DNA of 62,307 bases, filler included. It is 4 parts of 4 records of this genome, joined end to end, with 100 filler letters (N's around TTAATTAATTAA, not from the genome) between each part and the next. Parts side by side here need not be neighbours in the genome. Positions count along the whole stretch, not along the records: positions 45,874 to 55,705 come from DRR723986_4965; positions 55,806 to 62,307 come from DRR723986_4983; 2 more parts are not named here. One strand, 5' to 3'. Position 1 is the stretch's first letter; every line of letters starts with the position of its first letter. Both the position numbers and the translations under genes were made by a program. This document shows, one piece after another, positions 46,925 to 56,163 of this stretch. The notes below the pieces were generated by a model. It ran no database searches. It had not been told where the DNA came from and worked only from the letters and a program-made list of their open reading frames with translations.

Positions 46925-47820
46925 GCGCGCTGCCACGTTTGCCGCTAACGGTGATCGGCGGGTATTTGGGGGCTGGCAAAACCACACTGCTAAACCGCCT
47001 TTTATCCGAGCCGCATGGCCAGAAAATCATGGTGATGGTGAATGATTTCGGTGCCATCAACATCGATGCCGCATTGATTGAACGTGCCGATGGCGACACG
47101 CTGAGCCTGACCAACGGTTGCGTATGTTGCACGATGGGCAATGATTTGTTCATGGCGCTGGGCGATGCGCTGGATCGCCGCCCACGGCCAGATCACCTGG
47201 TGATCGAGGCGTCGGGCATTGCCGATCCTGCCAAAATCGCCATGGCCGCGCGGGCAGAACCCGATATGGCCTATGGCGGCATTGCCGTGGTGATTGATGG
47301 GGAAAACTGGCCGAAACTGGCAGATGACCCGCTGATTGGGGCGCAGATGCGCGGGCAGGTTCAGGTGGCCGATGTTTTGTTGGTGTCAAAGACCGGCGGG
47401 GCGCTGGCGCCCAACCTGGCAATGCGCCTGGCGGCGCTGTCGCGCGCGCCCATGCTAGATTTGGCCGATCTGCCGCAGGTGGCGCCTGTGCTGCTGGGGG
47501 GCATGGCGCCAGATGGCGTGCAGGGGGGCGCGCAGGGGGTGGCCGCCGATCACCCGGCCTATGTGGGCTGGGCCCACGAAGGGGCCGAGCGGCTTGAACG
47601 CCCCGCGCTTGAGGCGCTGCTGGCGGCGCGGCCGGCCGGAATTTATCGGCTAAAGGGGCATGTTTTAAGCCCAGATGGCGCGCTAGAGGTGCATGTGGTT
47701 GGCCCCACGATCGATATCAAACCCGCCCAATCTGACAGCACCCGCATGGTGGCCATCGGGCTGGCCAGCCAGATAGACCGCGACACCATTGCCGCGTGGT
47801 GGGCCAGTGCTGCGGCCTAA
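46921..47820 (+). CDS. COG0523/CobW-family GTPase metallochaperone
   Basis: GGYLGAGKTTL, VNDFG, NGCVCC, IEASG and YRLKG. ATGA overlap with the amidohydrolase stop. Confidence 0.92.
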   Translation: MSALPRLPLTVIGGYLGAGKTTLLNRLLSEPHGQKIMVMVNDFGAINIDAALIERADGDTLSLTNGCVCCTMGNDLFMALGDALDRRPRPDHLVIEASGIADPAKIAMAARAEPDMAYGGIAVVIDGENWPKLADDPLIGAQMRGQVQVADVLLVSKTGGALAPNLAMRLAALSRAPMLDLADLPQVAPVLLGGMAPDGVQGGAQGVAADHPAYVGWAHEGAERLERPALEALLAARPAGIYRLKGHVLSPDGALEVHVVGPTIDIKPAQSDSTRMVAIGLASQIDRDTIAAWWASAAA

Positions 47821-47841
47821 GCTGGGGGGCTAAGCTGCAGC

Positions 47842-48189
47842 CTAGCAAGAAACCTTGTTTGGCTCTGCCTCGGCGGGGCCGCAAAACAGCCGATAAAGCA
47901 GGCCAATCACCTCGTAGGTGTTGGCATCGGCCAGGCTGTAATAAATGGTCTTGCCATCGCGGCGGGTGGTCACCAGCCCCTCTTCGCGCAGCCGCGCCAG
48001 CATTTGGCTGACTGCGGCTTGGCGAATATCTAACAGGCTTTCCAGCTCGCCCACCGATTTCTCGCCCGAGCCAAGATGGCACAAAATCATCAGCCGCCCT
48101 TCATGGGCCAATGTCTTCAAATAGGCCGCCGCAGCTTGGGCGCTGCGGGCCATTTCGCTGGGTGGGGCAGGGGGGGCTTGTGTTGTCAC
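47842..48189 (-). CDS. ArsR/SmtB family regulator (BigR/SqrR-like)
   Basis: RLMILCHL..GE.SVGEL, VSQ.LARLR..GLV...RDG..IYY and LFC. Confidence 0.9.
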   Translation of the reverse strand: MTTQAPPAPPSEMARSAQAAAAYLKTLAHEGRLMILCHLGSGEKSVGELESLLDIRQAAVSQMLARLREEGLVTTRRDGKTIYYSLADANTYEVIGLLYRLFCGPAEAEPNKVSC

Positions 48190-48246
48190 TGGCTTGTTCC
48201 GTTGCTGTCCATCCTGTGTAGCACCGGCGTTGCAAAAGGGCGAGGG

Positions 48247-49479
48247 CTACTCTTTTGCCGATGGCGCACCCCCTTCAAAATGGTTCTCTTTTGCATAATC
48301 GCAAGGGGCCTCTTGCATTTGCAGGTGCAACCCATCCCCGGCATAGGGGTGGGCGCGCGCCAAATCTTCGTCAATCTCAATACCCAGCCCCGGCGCATCC
48401 GACAGGCTGACATGGCCCTGTTCAACCTTGATCGTGCTTTTGATCAGCGCGTCATGGAACGGTGTTTCGATGGTTTCGGCCAATAAGATATTGGGAATAG
48501 AGGTGGCCAGATGCATGTTTGCGGCCCATTCCACGGGCCCGGCATAAAGATGGGGCGCCATTTGCGCGCCAAAACCTTCGGCGATGGCGGCCAGTTTTTT
48601 CATCTCCCAAATGCCGCCCGCACGGCCCAGGGCCGGTTGCAATATCTCTGCGCCACCGGTGCGCAAAAGCGTGGTAAACTCGGCCTTGGTGCTCATCCGC
48701 TCGCCCGTGGCAATCGGGATGCGCACGGCCTGGGCGACGCGGGCAAAATCCAGCAGGTTATCCGGGGGAATAGGCTCTTCGTACCACAGCGGGCTGTAAG
48801 GCTCTAGGGCTTGGCCCAGCCGGATGGCGCCTGCGGGGTTGAACTGCCCATGGGTGCCAAATAGCAGATCTGCCCGATCGCCCACCGCGCCACGAATGGC
48901 GCTGCAAAAGGCAACCGAGCGCGTGATATCGCGCATCGCCGGCATATGCCCGCCGCGAATGGTATAGGGGCCTGCGGGATCGAATTTCAGCGCTGTGTAG
49001 CCTTGATCGACATAGTATTCTGCGGCCTCGGCATTCATCTCGGGCGAGACCCAAAACTGCGCGATGTCATGGTGGGCTAGGGGGTATAGATAGGTATAGG
49101 CGCGGATGCGGTCGTTCATGCGCCCGCCCAACAGCGCATATACGGGGCGGTTGCGCGCCTTGCCCAGAATATCCCAGCAGGCAATTTCCAGCCCCGAAAA
49201 CGCGCCAATCACCGTCAGGTCAGGGCGCTGGGTGAAGCCCGAAGAATAGACGCGGCGGAACATCAGCTCGATATCCTCGGGCGAGCTGCCCAGCATATGC
49301 CGCTCGAATACATCGCGGATCACCGGCACCATGGCCTGCGGCCCGATGCTGGAGGCATAGCATTCCCCCCAGCCAGTGATCCCGCAATCGGTGGTCAGCT
49401 TGACCAAGATCCAATAGCGCCCGCCCCAGCCCGGCGCAGGGGGGGCAGTTATGATGATATCAAGATCGCGTAGTTTCAT
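48247..49479 (-). CDS. Mandelate racemase / muconate lactonizing enzyme family protein
   Basis: GITGWGE, EIACWDILGK, WYEEP, PIATGER and MAPH. ATG 49479 follows GGGAGG. Confidence 0.92.
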   Translation of the reverse strand: MKLRDLDIIITAPPAPGWGGRYWILVKLTTDCGITGWGECYASSIGPQAMVPVIRDVFERHMLGSSPEDIELMFRRVYSSGFTQRPDLTVIGAFSGLEIACWDILGKARNRPVYALLGGRMNDRIRAYTYLYPLAHHDIAQFWVSPEMNAEAAEYYVDQGYTALKFDPAGPYTIRGGHMPAMRDITRSVAFCSAIRGAVGDRADLLFGTHGQFNPAGAIRLGQALEPYSPLWYEEPIPPDNLLDFARVAQAVRIPIATGERMSTKAEFTTLLRTGGAEILQPALGRAGGIWEMKKLAAIAEGFGAQMAPHLYAGPVEWAANMHLATSIPNILLAETIETPFHDALIKSTIKVEQGHVSLSDAPGLGIEIDEDLARAHPYAGDGLHLQMQEAPCDYAKENHFEGGAPSAKE

Positions 49480-49573
49480 GCGGGCCTCCCTGGCGGATAT
49501 ATTTGCGCCGAAGGTGCATGGGCTGCCATCTTGGTGCAAGGCCAAATGCGGCATCAGGTGCCGCAACGGGGCG

Positions 49574-50791
49574 CTATCGCCCCAGCGCGCCCTGGCGCTG
49601 GCCCAAAAACAGCGCCAAACACAGCACCATCAGCGCGGCGGCCAGCAAAAAGGGTGCGCCGGGCAGGTAAAGCGGGGCGCCGGCGGCGGTGAAATGGGCA
49701 AATGTTTGGGTCATCAGCACCGGCGCGCAGGCCATGGCCAGCGCGTTGACCGATGTCAGCAAGCCTTGCAATTCGCCCTGCGCGCTGGGCGATACGCTGT
49801 CAGACATGGCCGCCTGTAGCGCGGGCATCGCCAGCGATCCCAGCGCGGCAATGGGGATCATCGCCAGCAACACGCGGCCATCGCTTAAGCTGGCAATCAA
49901 CACCAAGGTGATGCATTCCATGCCAAGGCCAAAGATCACTGTGCCACGTGGCCCCAGCCGGGCCATGGCAGGTTGCACCAAAAACGCCATGGCCAGCGCA
50001 TAAGACAGCCCATAGATGCCCAGCGACAGGCCAATCGTGCCCTCGCCCCAGCCAAAGCGTTCGGTCAGGAAAAAAGCCCACACCGCGGGGTAGACATAGG
50101 TTGCCACGTGAAAAAGGAAAAACACCGCCAGCAAAGGCGCCACACCTGCCAGGCGCGCCACCGCGCGAAAGGCGCCAAAGGGGTTTGCACGGGCCCAGGA
50201 AAATCGGCGCCGGCGGCGGCGTGGCAGGCTTTCTTGCAGCACGCCAAACCCCAGGGCCGCATTGGCAAAGGCCAAAGCCCCCGCTGCCCAAAATGGCGCG
50301 CGGGTGCCATATTCGGCCAGCAGCCCGCCCAGTATCGGCCCCAGCACAAACCCCACCCCGAAACCCGCCATCAGCAAGCCAAAGCGCTGGGCCTTTTCGT
50401 GGGGGGCGGAAATATCGGCCATATAGGCATTGGCGGTGGAATGGGTGGCGGCGGTGATCCCACCCACGATACGCCCTGCCAGCAACAGCCACAGGCTGCC
50501 CGCCAGCGCCATAATCACGTAATCAGCCGCCATCGCCAAAAGCGAGATCAGCAACACCGGCCGGCGCCCCCAGCGATCGGACAGCGCCCCAATCACCGGG
50601 CCGAACAAAAACTGCATCACCGCAAAGGCGGCCGACATAATGCCCCCCCATATGGCGGCCTGCGCCAGGCTGCCGCCCTCGACCTCGCGCAGCAGCGCAG
50701 GCATCACCGGCATGATCAGGCCCACGCCCATGGCATCCAGCGTGACGGTTGTGATGATCACAAAAATCGGCAGCCGCCCGGGTGTGGCCAT
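49574..50791 (-). CDS. TCR/Tet-family MFS efflux transporter
   Basis: LDAMGVGLIMPV.P, GALSDRWGRRPVLL, GRIVGGITAAT and QGELQG. Confidence 0.92.
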   Translation of the reverse strand: MATPGRLPIFVIITTVTLDAMGVGLIMPVMPALLREVEGGSLAQAAIWGGIMSAAFAVMQFLFGPVIGALSDRWGRRPVLLISLLAMAADYVIMALAGSLWLLLAGRIVGGITAATHSTANAYMADISAPHEKAQRFGLLMAGFGVGFVLGPILGGLLAEYGTRAPFWAAGALAFANAALGFGVLQESLPRRRRRRFSWARANPFGAFRAVARLAGVAPLLAVFFLFHVATYVYPAVWAFFLTERFGWGEGTIGLSLGIYGLSYALAMAFLVQPAMARLGPRGTVIFGLGMECITLVLIASLSDGRVLLAMIPIAALGSLAMPALQAAMSDSVSPSAQGELQGLLTSVNALAMACAPVLMTQTFAHFTAAGAPLYLPGAPFLLAAALMVLCLALFLGQRQGALGR

Positions 50792-50792
50792 G

Positions 50793-52148
50793 CTACTGGG
50801 TGCCTTGGGGTGCGTTTTGTGGTGCGCCCCCTGTTGCGGTTTGGGCAAAGCGCAGGGCGATTTCGGGGGCTTGGCCCATTTGTTGGGCAGGGTCGAAAAT
50901 ATCGTCAAGCTTGATGTCGGGATGGGCTGCTTGGGCCAATTGGGCCAGCGGCGTTTGGCTGGCCATCGCGCTTTGACACAGCGTTTTTACCGCATCTTGC
51001 GCGGCAGGGCGGGGCATGGTTTCGGCCAGTCGGAATGACAGCGCTTCGGCATGAATCAGGCCCAAACCCTGCGCCAGGGCTGCGTGCATTTGCACAGGCT
51101 GTGGCGCCACGCTTTCGGCCAATTGCGCGGTATGGCGCAGGGCGCTGGCCGCACCAAGGCACAGCTGCGGCAGGCACAGCCATTCGGCAAACCACGCCGC
51201 ACCGTCGCGCGCCTCGCGGTGCAGGCCCGCGCCCTGCAGCACGCCATTCAGCGCCACCGCCTGATGGGCCAGGGCCACAACGGCCGAGGGCGCCACCGGG
51301 TTTTGCTTTTGCGGCATGGTCGAGGAGCCACCCGTGCCCCCCAGCGCCACCTCGGCCACATCCGAGCGGCTGAGCACCAGCAGGTCTTCGGCCATCTTGC
51401 CACAGGCTGTGGCCAGCCGGGTGGCCCAAGCGGCGATGGTCTGAATGCGGCCGCGGTTGCTGTGCCAGCTGTCGCCCGGATCGGCCAAGCCAAGGCTTTG
51501 TGCCATATGCGCACGGATCTGGGGCGCGTTGGGCCCCAAGGCCGCGCTGGTGCCCGCAGCCCCTGACAGCGATACGCATAAAAGCGCCCTCAGCCCGGCC
51601 ATTTCGCCCCTTAGCGCCATCAGCGGCTGCCCCCAGCCCGCCACCACCGCACCAAAGCTGGTGGGGGTGGCGTATTGGCCATAGGTGCGCGCGGCCATGG
51701 GGGTGTGGGCATGGGTTTTGGCCTGTGCGGCCAGCTGTGCCAGCGCTGTGTCTAGATCTGCCTCAAGCAGCATCAGCCATTGGCGCAAGCGCAGCATCAA
51801 AGCGGTGTCGATAATATCTTGGCTGGTTGCGCCCCAATGCAGGTATTGGGCATACTCTGGCGCCTCCATCGCCTTGCGAAAGGCGGCCACAAGGGCGGGC
51901 ACTGGCACGCCGTTTTGCCCCGTCGCCTGCGCCAGCGCGGCCGGGTCGATTTGCACCTCCATCGCCGAGCGGTGGATAAAGGCCGCCGCGGTTTCGGGGA
52001 TCAGCCCCAAGGCGCCCTGAGCGCGGGCCAAAGCCCCCTCGACCAGCAGCATGGCGCGCAGCTCGGCTGCATCGGTAAACAGGCGCCCCACCTCGCCTGC
52101 GCCAAAGAGGCGATGATAGAGCGGGCTTTCAAAAACGGATGCGGCCAT
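50793..52148 (-). CDS. pcaB: 3-carboxy-cis,cis-muconate cycloisomerase
   Basis: HWGATSQDI.DT, ARTYGQ.A.P and GGSSTMPQKQNP, within the pca cluster. Confidence 0.9.
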   Translation of the reverse strand: MAASVFESPLYHRLFGAGEVGRLFTDAAELRAMLLVEGALARAQGALGLIPETAAAFIHRSAMEVQIDPAALAQATGQNGVPVPALVAAFRKAMEAPEYAQYLHWGATSQDIIDTALMLRLRQWLMLLEADLDTALAQLAAQAKTHAHTPMAARTYGQYATPTSFGAVVAGWGQPLMALRGEMAGLRALLCVSLSGAAGTSAALGPNAPQIRAHMAQSLGLADPGDSWHSNRGRIQTIAAWATRLATACGKMAEDLLVLSRSDVAEVALGGTGGSSTMPQKQNPVAPSAVVALAHQAVALNGVLQGAGLHREARDGAAWFAEWLCLPQLCLGAASALRHTAQLAESVAPQPVQMHAALAQGLGLIHAEALSFRLAETMPRPAAQDAVKTLCQSAMASQTPLAQLAQAAHPDIKLDDIFDPAQQMGQAPEIALRFAQTATGGAPQNAPQGTQ

Positions 52149-52150
52149 GT

Positions 52151-52861
52151 TTAGTGCCCTTTCCCGAAATCAGACAAAATATCGGCCAACCCCTGTGGGT
52201 CGGCAAAAAACGGTGAATGCGCGCAGGCCATGGTGGCCACGTGACCTGCGGGCCAATCTTGGGTCATGGTGATCTGAAATTCGGGCGGAATTGTGCGGTC
52301 ATCTGCGCAGCGCACGTAATAGCGGGGCAGGGCCGGGCTGTGATGCAGCGGCACGGGTTCGGCGGTGGGGCGGGTGGCCTGAATGCACAGGTTTTCCGCG
52401 GCATATTCTACCGTGCCGGGCGGGCAATCGTGGTAAAACAGCGCGTGCAGATCATCGCGATCGATGCCCCAGCCTAGGCCATCTTCGCGCATGCGGATGA
52501 AGGGCAGCAGGGGTTGGCGCGGGGCCTGCATGCGCATCTGCGACAGGCTAAGCCCCGGTGCGGGCACATAGGCGCAAATATAAATCAGCGCCTGCACCTT
52601 TTCGGGGGCCAGTTCGGCGGCCAGCGTGATAGGATAGCCGCCCATGGAATGGCCCACCAAAACCGTGGGTTCGTGAATGGCCTCCACGATGGCCCGGGCA
52701 TAATCGCCAAGGCCCACCTGGGTATAGGGCGTTTTGTCGGCGCCATGGCTGGGCAGGTCGATCGCGCGGGCGCTGTGGCCCTGGGCCTGCAACAAAGGCA
52801 GCACATCGCGCCAACACCACGCCCCATGTGCCGCGCCATGGATCAATAAGAAATTGGTCAT
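52151..52861 (-). CDS. Alpha/beta hydrolase (methylesterase/SABP2-like)
   Basis: LIHGAAHGAWCW, DLPSHG, GHSMGG, DRTIPP and HSPFF. Confidence 0.9.
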   Translation of the reverse strand: MTNFLLIHGAAHGAWCWRDVLPLLQAQGHSARAIDLPSHGADKTPYTQVGLGDYARAIVEAIHEPTVLVGHSMGGYPITLAAELAPEKVQALIYICAYVPAPGLSLSQMRMQAPRQPLLPFIRMREDGLGWGIDRDDLHALFYHDCPPGTVEYAAENLCIQATRPTAEPVPLHHSPALPRYYVRCADDRTIPPEFQITMTQDWPAGHVATMACAHSPFFADPQGLADILSDFGKGH

Positions 52862-52898
52862 CTTTTGCCCCTTTCCAGCCAGCCCCAAGCCCTGGGGC

Positions 52899-53411
52899 CT
52901 ATGGGCCAGGGGGGATGGGCTGCAGATCTGTTTGTGTCAGCTTATAGGCTTTCCCAAAGCCTGCATTCAACAGCGCGTCGGTGATGGTGAAAACCACAAA
53001 ATGAAAATCGTCAAAATCGGCGTAGAGCGCGGCTTTTGGGCGTTGGGCCAGGAAACACGCGCGCGCCGCATCATGCGCGGGGCTGGGGCGGGCCAGAATC
53101 TGGGCTTGGCAATGCAAGCTTAGGCGCGGCTGCGCCAAGGGATCGCCCCTGCCACTGGGCTGGCCCAACAGCAGCGCGCAGGCAGGGTGGGCGCGCAGCG
53201 CCACCTTATGCGGTGCCAGATCGGACAAAAGCGATAAAACCACCCCCCCATCCCCCGGTGCCAGCGCAATGCGCGAGACACTGGGCTGCACCCCATCAGG
53301 GCCAAGGCTGGCCAAGGCCGCATGATCTGCCTGCGCAATCATGCCCTGCGCCATCTGGCGGGCCTGCGGGGTGGGGGTGGAAAAGGGTGTATTTTCGGGC
53401 ATTGGGGCCAT
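52899..53411 (-). CDS. Pyridoxamine 5'-phosphate oxidase-like (HugZ-type) protein
   Basis: LSDLA.H..AL, GDPL..PRL, PKA.LY.DF.DF and LNAGFGKAY.L. Confidence 0.85.
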   Translation of the reverse strand: MAPMPENTPFSTPTPQARQMAQGMIAQADHAALASLGPDGVQPSVSRIALAPGDGGVVLSLLSDLAPHKVALRAHPACALLLGQPSGRGDPLAQPRLSLHCQAQILARPSPAHDAARACFLAQRPKAALYADFDDFHFVVFTITDALLNAGFGKAYKLTQTDLQPIPPGP

Positions 53412-53485
53412 CACAGCAACTGCCGGCAGGCTGACACTGCCGGCAGTGGAATGCAACAGGGGCGCGCGCAACAGGGAGCAGGCGG

Positions 53486-54085
53486 CTAGATGTCTAAAAA
53501 CACCGTCTCGCCCTCGCCCTGCAGGCGGATATCAAAGCGGTAGCTGCCCTCGCCGGTTTTGCGGGCAATCAGCGTGGGCACGCGGTTGCGTTGCTCGATC
53601 CGCGCCAATAGCGGATCGGCGCTGTTATCTTCGTCTTCGAAATAGATGCGCGTGTGCAGGCCCACATTGATGCCGCGCGCGGCGATCCACAGGCTGATAT
53701 GGGGGGCTTGCATCTGACCGCTGCGGGCGGGCACGGGGCCGGGCTTGATTGTGGTCAGGCTGAATTCGCCGCTGTCTTTATCGGCGGCGAAGCGGCAAAA
53801 GCCGCTTACCGCAGGGTCGGCCCCCGGCTGGCCGGCAAAGCGCCCGGCGCTGTCAGGTTGCCAGCTTTCGATCAGCGCATCGCGCAGCGCCCAGCCTGTG
53901 CCATCGATCACCTGCCCGGTGATGGTGATCTGCGGGCCCTGGGCGCCAGGCTGAATGGGCGACAGGCCCAGATCCTGGGGATAGACGCCGTTGATACCGG
54001 CAAAGCTGGGGATGCAGCCGATATGCACATATGGCCCCCCGGTTTGCGAGGCGGTTTCGGTAAGATTGGCAAGGGGTTGGGGCAT
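53486..54085 (-). CDS. pcaG: Protocatechuate 3,4-dioxygenase alpha subunit
   Basis: ETASQTGGPYVHIG, TIKPG, APHI...ARGIN.GL.TR.YF and FDIRLQG..ETVF.D. Confidence 0.96.
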   Translation of the reverse strand: MPQPLANLTETASQTGGPYVHIGCIPSFAGINGVYPQDLGLSPIQPGAQGPQITITGQVIDGTGWALRDALIESWQPDSAGRFAGQPGADPAVSGFCRFAADKDSGEFSLTTIKPGPVPARSGQMQAPHISLWIAARGINVGLHTRIYFEDEDNSADPLLARIEQRNRVPTLIARKTGEGSYRFDIRLQGEGETVFLDI

Positions 54086-54086
54086 G

Positions 54087-54815
54087 TCAAAGGCCCTCCA
54101 GGCGGTTTTCAAACATGGTTTGGCGGCGGCCACGCAGAACGATATCGAATTTATAGGCCAGAAAATCCAGCGGCCGGGCCATGGGCATATCAAGCGGGGC
54201 CACCAAGCGATCAAGCTGGCTGCGGTTTTTGATGGTGGCCGCGATCGGGCAGCGATCGATCAGCGGGTCGCCCTGAAAATACATCTGGGTGATCAGCCGC
54301 TGGCCAAAGCTGTGGCCAAAAACCGAAAAGTGAATATGCATCGGGCGCCATTCATTGCCGCGATTGGGCCAAGGATAGGCGCCGGGGCGGATGGTGAGAA
54401 ACTGATAGCGCCCCTGATCATCGGTCAGAGTGCGCCCGCAGCCGCCAAAATTGGGGTCAAGCGGGGCCAGATAGGTATCTTTGATATGGCGATAGCGCCC
54501 CCCGGCATTGGCCTGCCAGATTTCCACCAGCGTGTTGGGCACGGGGCGGGCGAATTCATCTAGCACCTGCCCATGCACCAAGATCCGCTCGCCAATGGCG
54601 GGGCTGCCATCGGTTGCAAAATTCAGCACCAGGTTATTATCCAGCGGCCCGATCTCGCCATGCCCAAACCGCGGGCCGGTTTCCTCGGACGGGGTGGATT
54701 CCATCGACAAAAGCGGCCATTTCGGGCTGCGCGGCACCGATGTTTTATACTCGGGGTCGTAGGGCACGGGGTGCATATCGCGCTGGCGCGGCACCAGTGG
54801 GCCAAGATCGGTCAT
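54087..54815 (-). CDS. pcaH: Protocatechuate 3,4-dioxygenase beta subunit
   Basis: EIWQANAGGRYRH, DPNFGG.GR, PGAYPW.N and WRP.HIHFS. Confidence 0.97.
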   Translation of the reverse strand: MTDLGPLVPRQRDMHPVPYDPEYKTSVPRSPKWPLLSMESTPSEETGPRFGHGEIGPLDNNLVLNFATDGSPAIGERILVHGQVLDEFARPVPNTLVEIWQANAGGRYRHIKDTYLAPLDPNFGGCGRTLTDDQGRYQFLTIRPGAYPWPNRGNEWRPMHIHFSVFGHSFGQRLITQMYFQGDPLIDRCPIAATIKNRSQLDRLVAPLDMPMARPLDFLAYKFDIVLRGRRQTMFENRLEGL

Positions 54816-55210
54816 TCAGATTGCTCCATTTCCGCATAGGTTTGTTTGGCCAGTTTCAGCGCATGATTGGCCCGCGGCACCCCGGCATAAATGGCCACAT
54901 GCTGAAAGGCCTCTAGCACGTCTTGTTTGCTGGCGCCGGTGCGGGCGGTGGCGCGAATATGCATGGGGATTTCCTCGAAATTGCCGGTGGCGGCCAGCAG
55001 CGCCAATGTCAACATCGAGCGTTCGCGCAGGCTGATCCCGTCAGAGGCCCAAACAGTGCCCCAGGCGCCTTCGGTGATCAGCGTTTGAAAGGCCTGATCC
55101 AGATCGGTTTTTGCAGCCTCGGCGCGATCGACATGGGCATCGCCCAGCACGCGCCTGCGCACCTGCATGCCGGCCTCGAAACGGGTGGTGGGGGGGGCTT
55201 TGTCAGACAT
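54812..55210 (-). CDS. pcaC: 4-carboxymuconolactone decarboxylase
   Basis: GMQVRRRVLGDAHVD, AWG.VW and AIYAGVP.AN.A. Confidence 0.95.
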   Translation of the reverse strand: MSDKAPPTTRFEAGMQVRRRVLGDAHVDRAEAAKTDLDQAFQTLITEGAWGTVWASDGISLRERSMLTLALLAATGNFEEIPMHIRATARTGASKQDVLEAFQHVAIYAGVPRANHALKLAKQTYAEMEQSE

Positions 55211-55705
55211 GGCCCACCTCGGCGATAAAGGCGTTCAGAATGCGGGCAAATTCCTGTGGGGCCTCGACGCAAGGCAGATGGCCCACGCCGCGGATCAATT
55301 CGAATTTTGATCCAGGGATCAGGCCCACCGTTTCGCGCACCAGATCGGGCGGGGTTGATCCATCTTCGCTGCCGGCAATGCCCAAGGTGGGCAGGCGCAG
55401 CCCGCTGGTGGGGGTGTAAAAATCGGTGCCGGCAATCGCGGCCGAACAGCCAGCATAGCCGCCCGCATCGGTGCGCACCAACATAGTGCGCCAGGCCTGC
55501 ATCTCGTCTGTGTCGCGGAAAGTTTTGGAAAACCACCGCTCCATCACCGCATCGGCCATGGGCGCGATGCCCCCCTGGGCGATGGCATCGACGCGCTGTT
55601 GCCACATTTCGCGGGTGCCAATTTTGGCGCCGGTGTTCGACAACACCAACGCGCGCACCAGATCCATGCGTTTCACCGCCAGCCCCTGCGCGATCATGCC
55701 GCCGA
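55203..55705 (-). CDS. pcaD: 3-oxoadipate enol-lactonase, 5' end missing
   Basis: GMIAQ, LSNT.AKIG...W..R, ERWF, DGSTPP and GHLPCVE.P. Confidence 0.93.
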
Positions 55706-55805
55706 NNNNNNNNNNNNNNNNNNNNNNNNNNNNNNNNNNNNNNNNNNNNTTAATTAATTAANNNNNNNNNNNNNNNNNNNNNNNNNNNNNNNNNNNNNNN
55801 NNNNN
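55706..55805. other. Artificial contig linker
   Basis: N44-TTAATTAATTAA-N44. Confidence 0.99.
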
Positions 55806-55994
55806 GCGGCGTTTCAGGCGCATGGGCGTGACCGAGGTCATCGGCTCTACGTCATCGACATTCAATTCCTGCAATTGCTCGATAAACCCGAGGATCGCGT
55901 TGAACTCGCCTGCCAGCGCGGGCAGGTCTTCCTCTTCCACCTTGATCCGCGCGAGTTTCGCGACGCGGGCGGCGGTTTCGATGTCGATGGACAT
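55806..55994 (-). CDS. gatC: Asp/Glu-tRNA amidotransferase subunit C, 3' end missing
   Basis: [17 protein letters not shown]...ILGFIEQL....VEPMTSV. Confidence 0.95.
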
Positions 55995-56163
55995 GGGGCG
56001 GTACACCTTCGGGCTTGAGCAGTCTGGATCGGGCTCGGGTTTACCGATCCATTGGCGGACCCGCAAGCGTCTGAGAGGGGGAAATCGGGCGAATCCGGTT
56101 TGACGGACGCTCGGCTGCGGCTAACCTTCCCCTGAAGTGGTCCTAATGACGGGGAGAAGACAC

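Noticed and set aside
49574-50791. Acquired tetracycline resistance gene
   Set aside because: No tetR or mobile context and it is coupled to pcaB. The family match alone does not show resistance.
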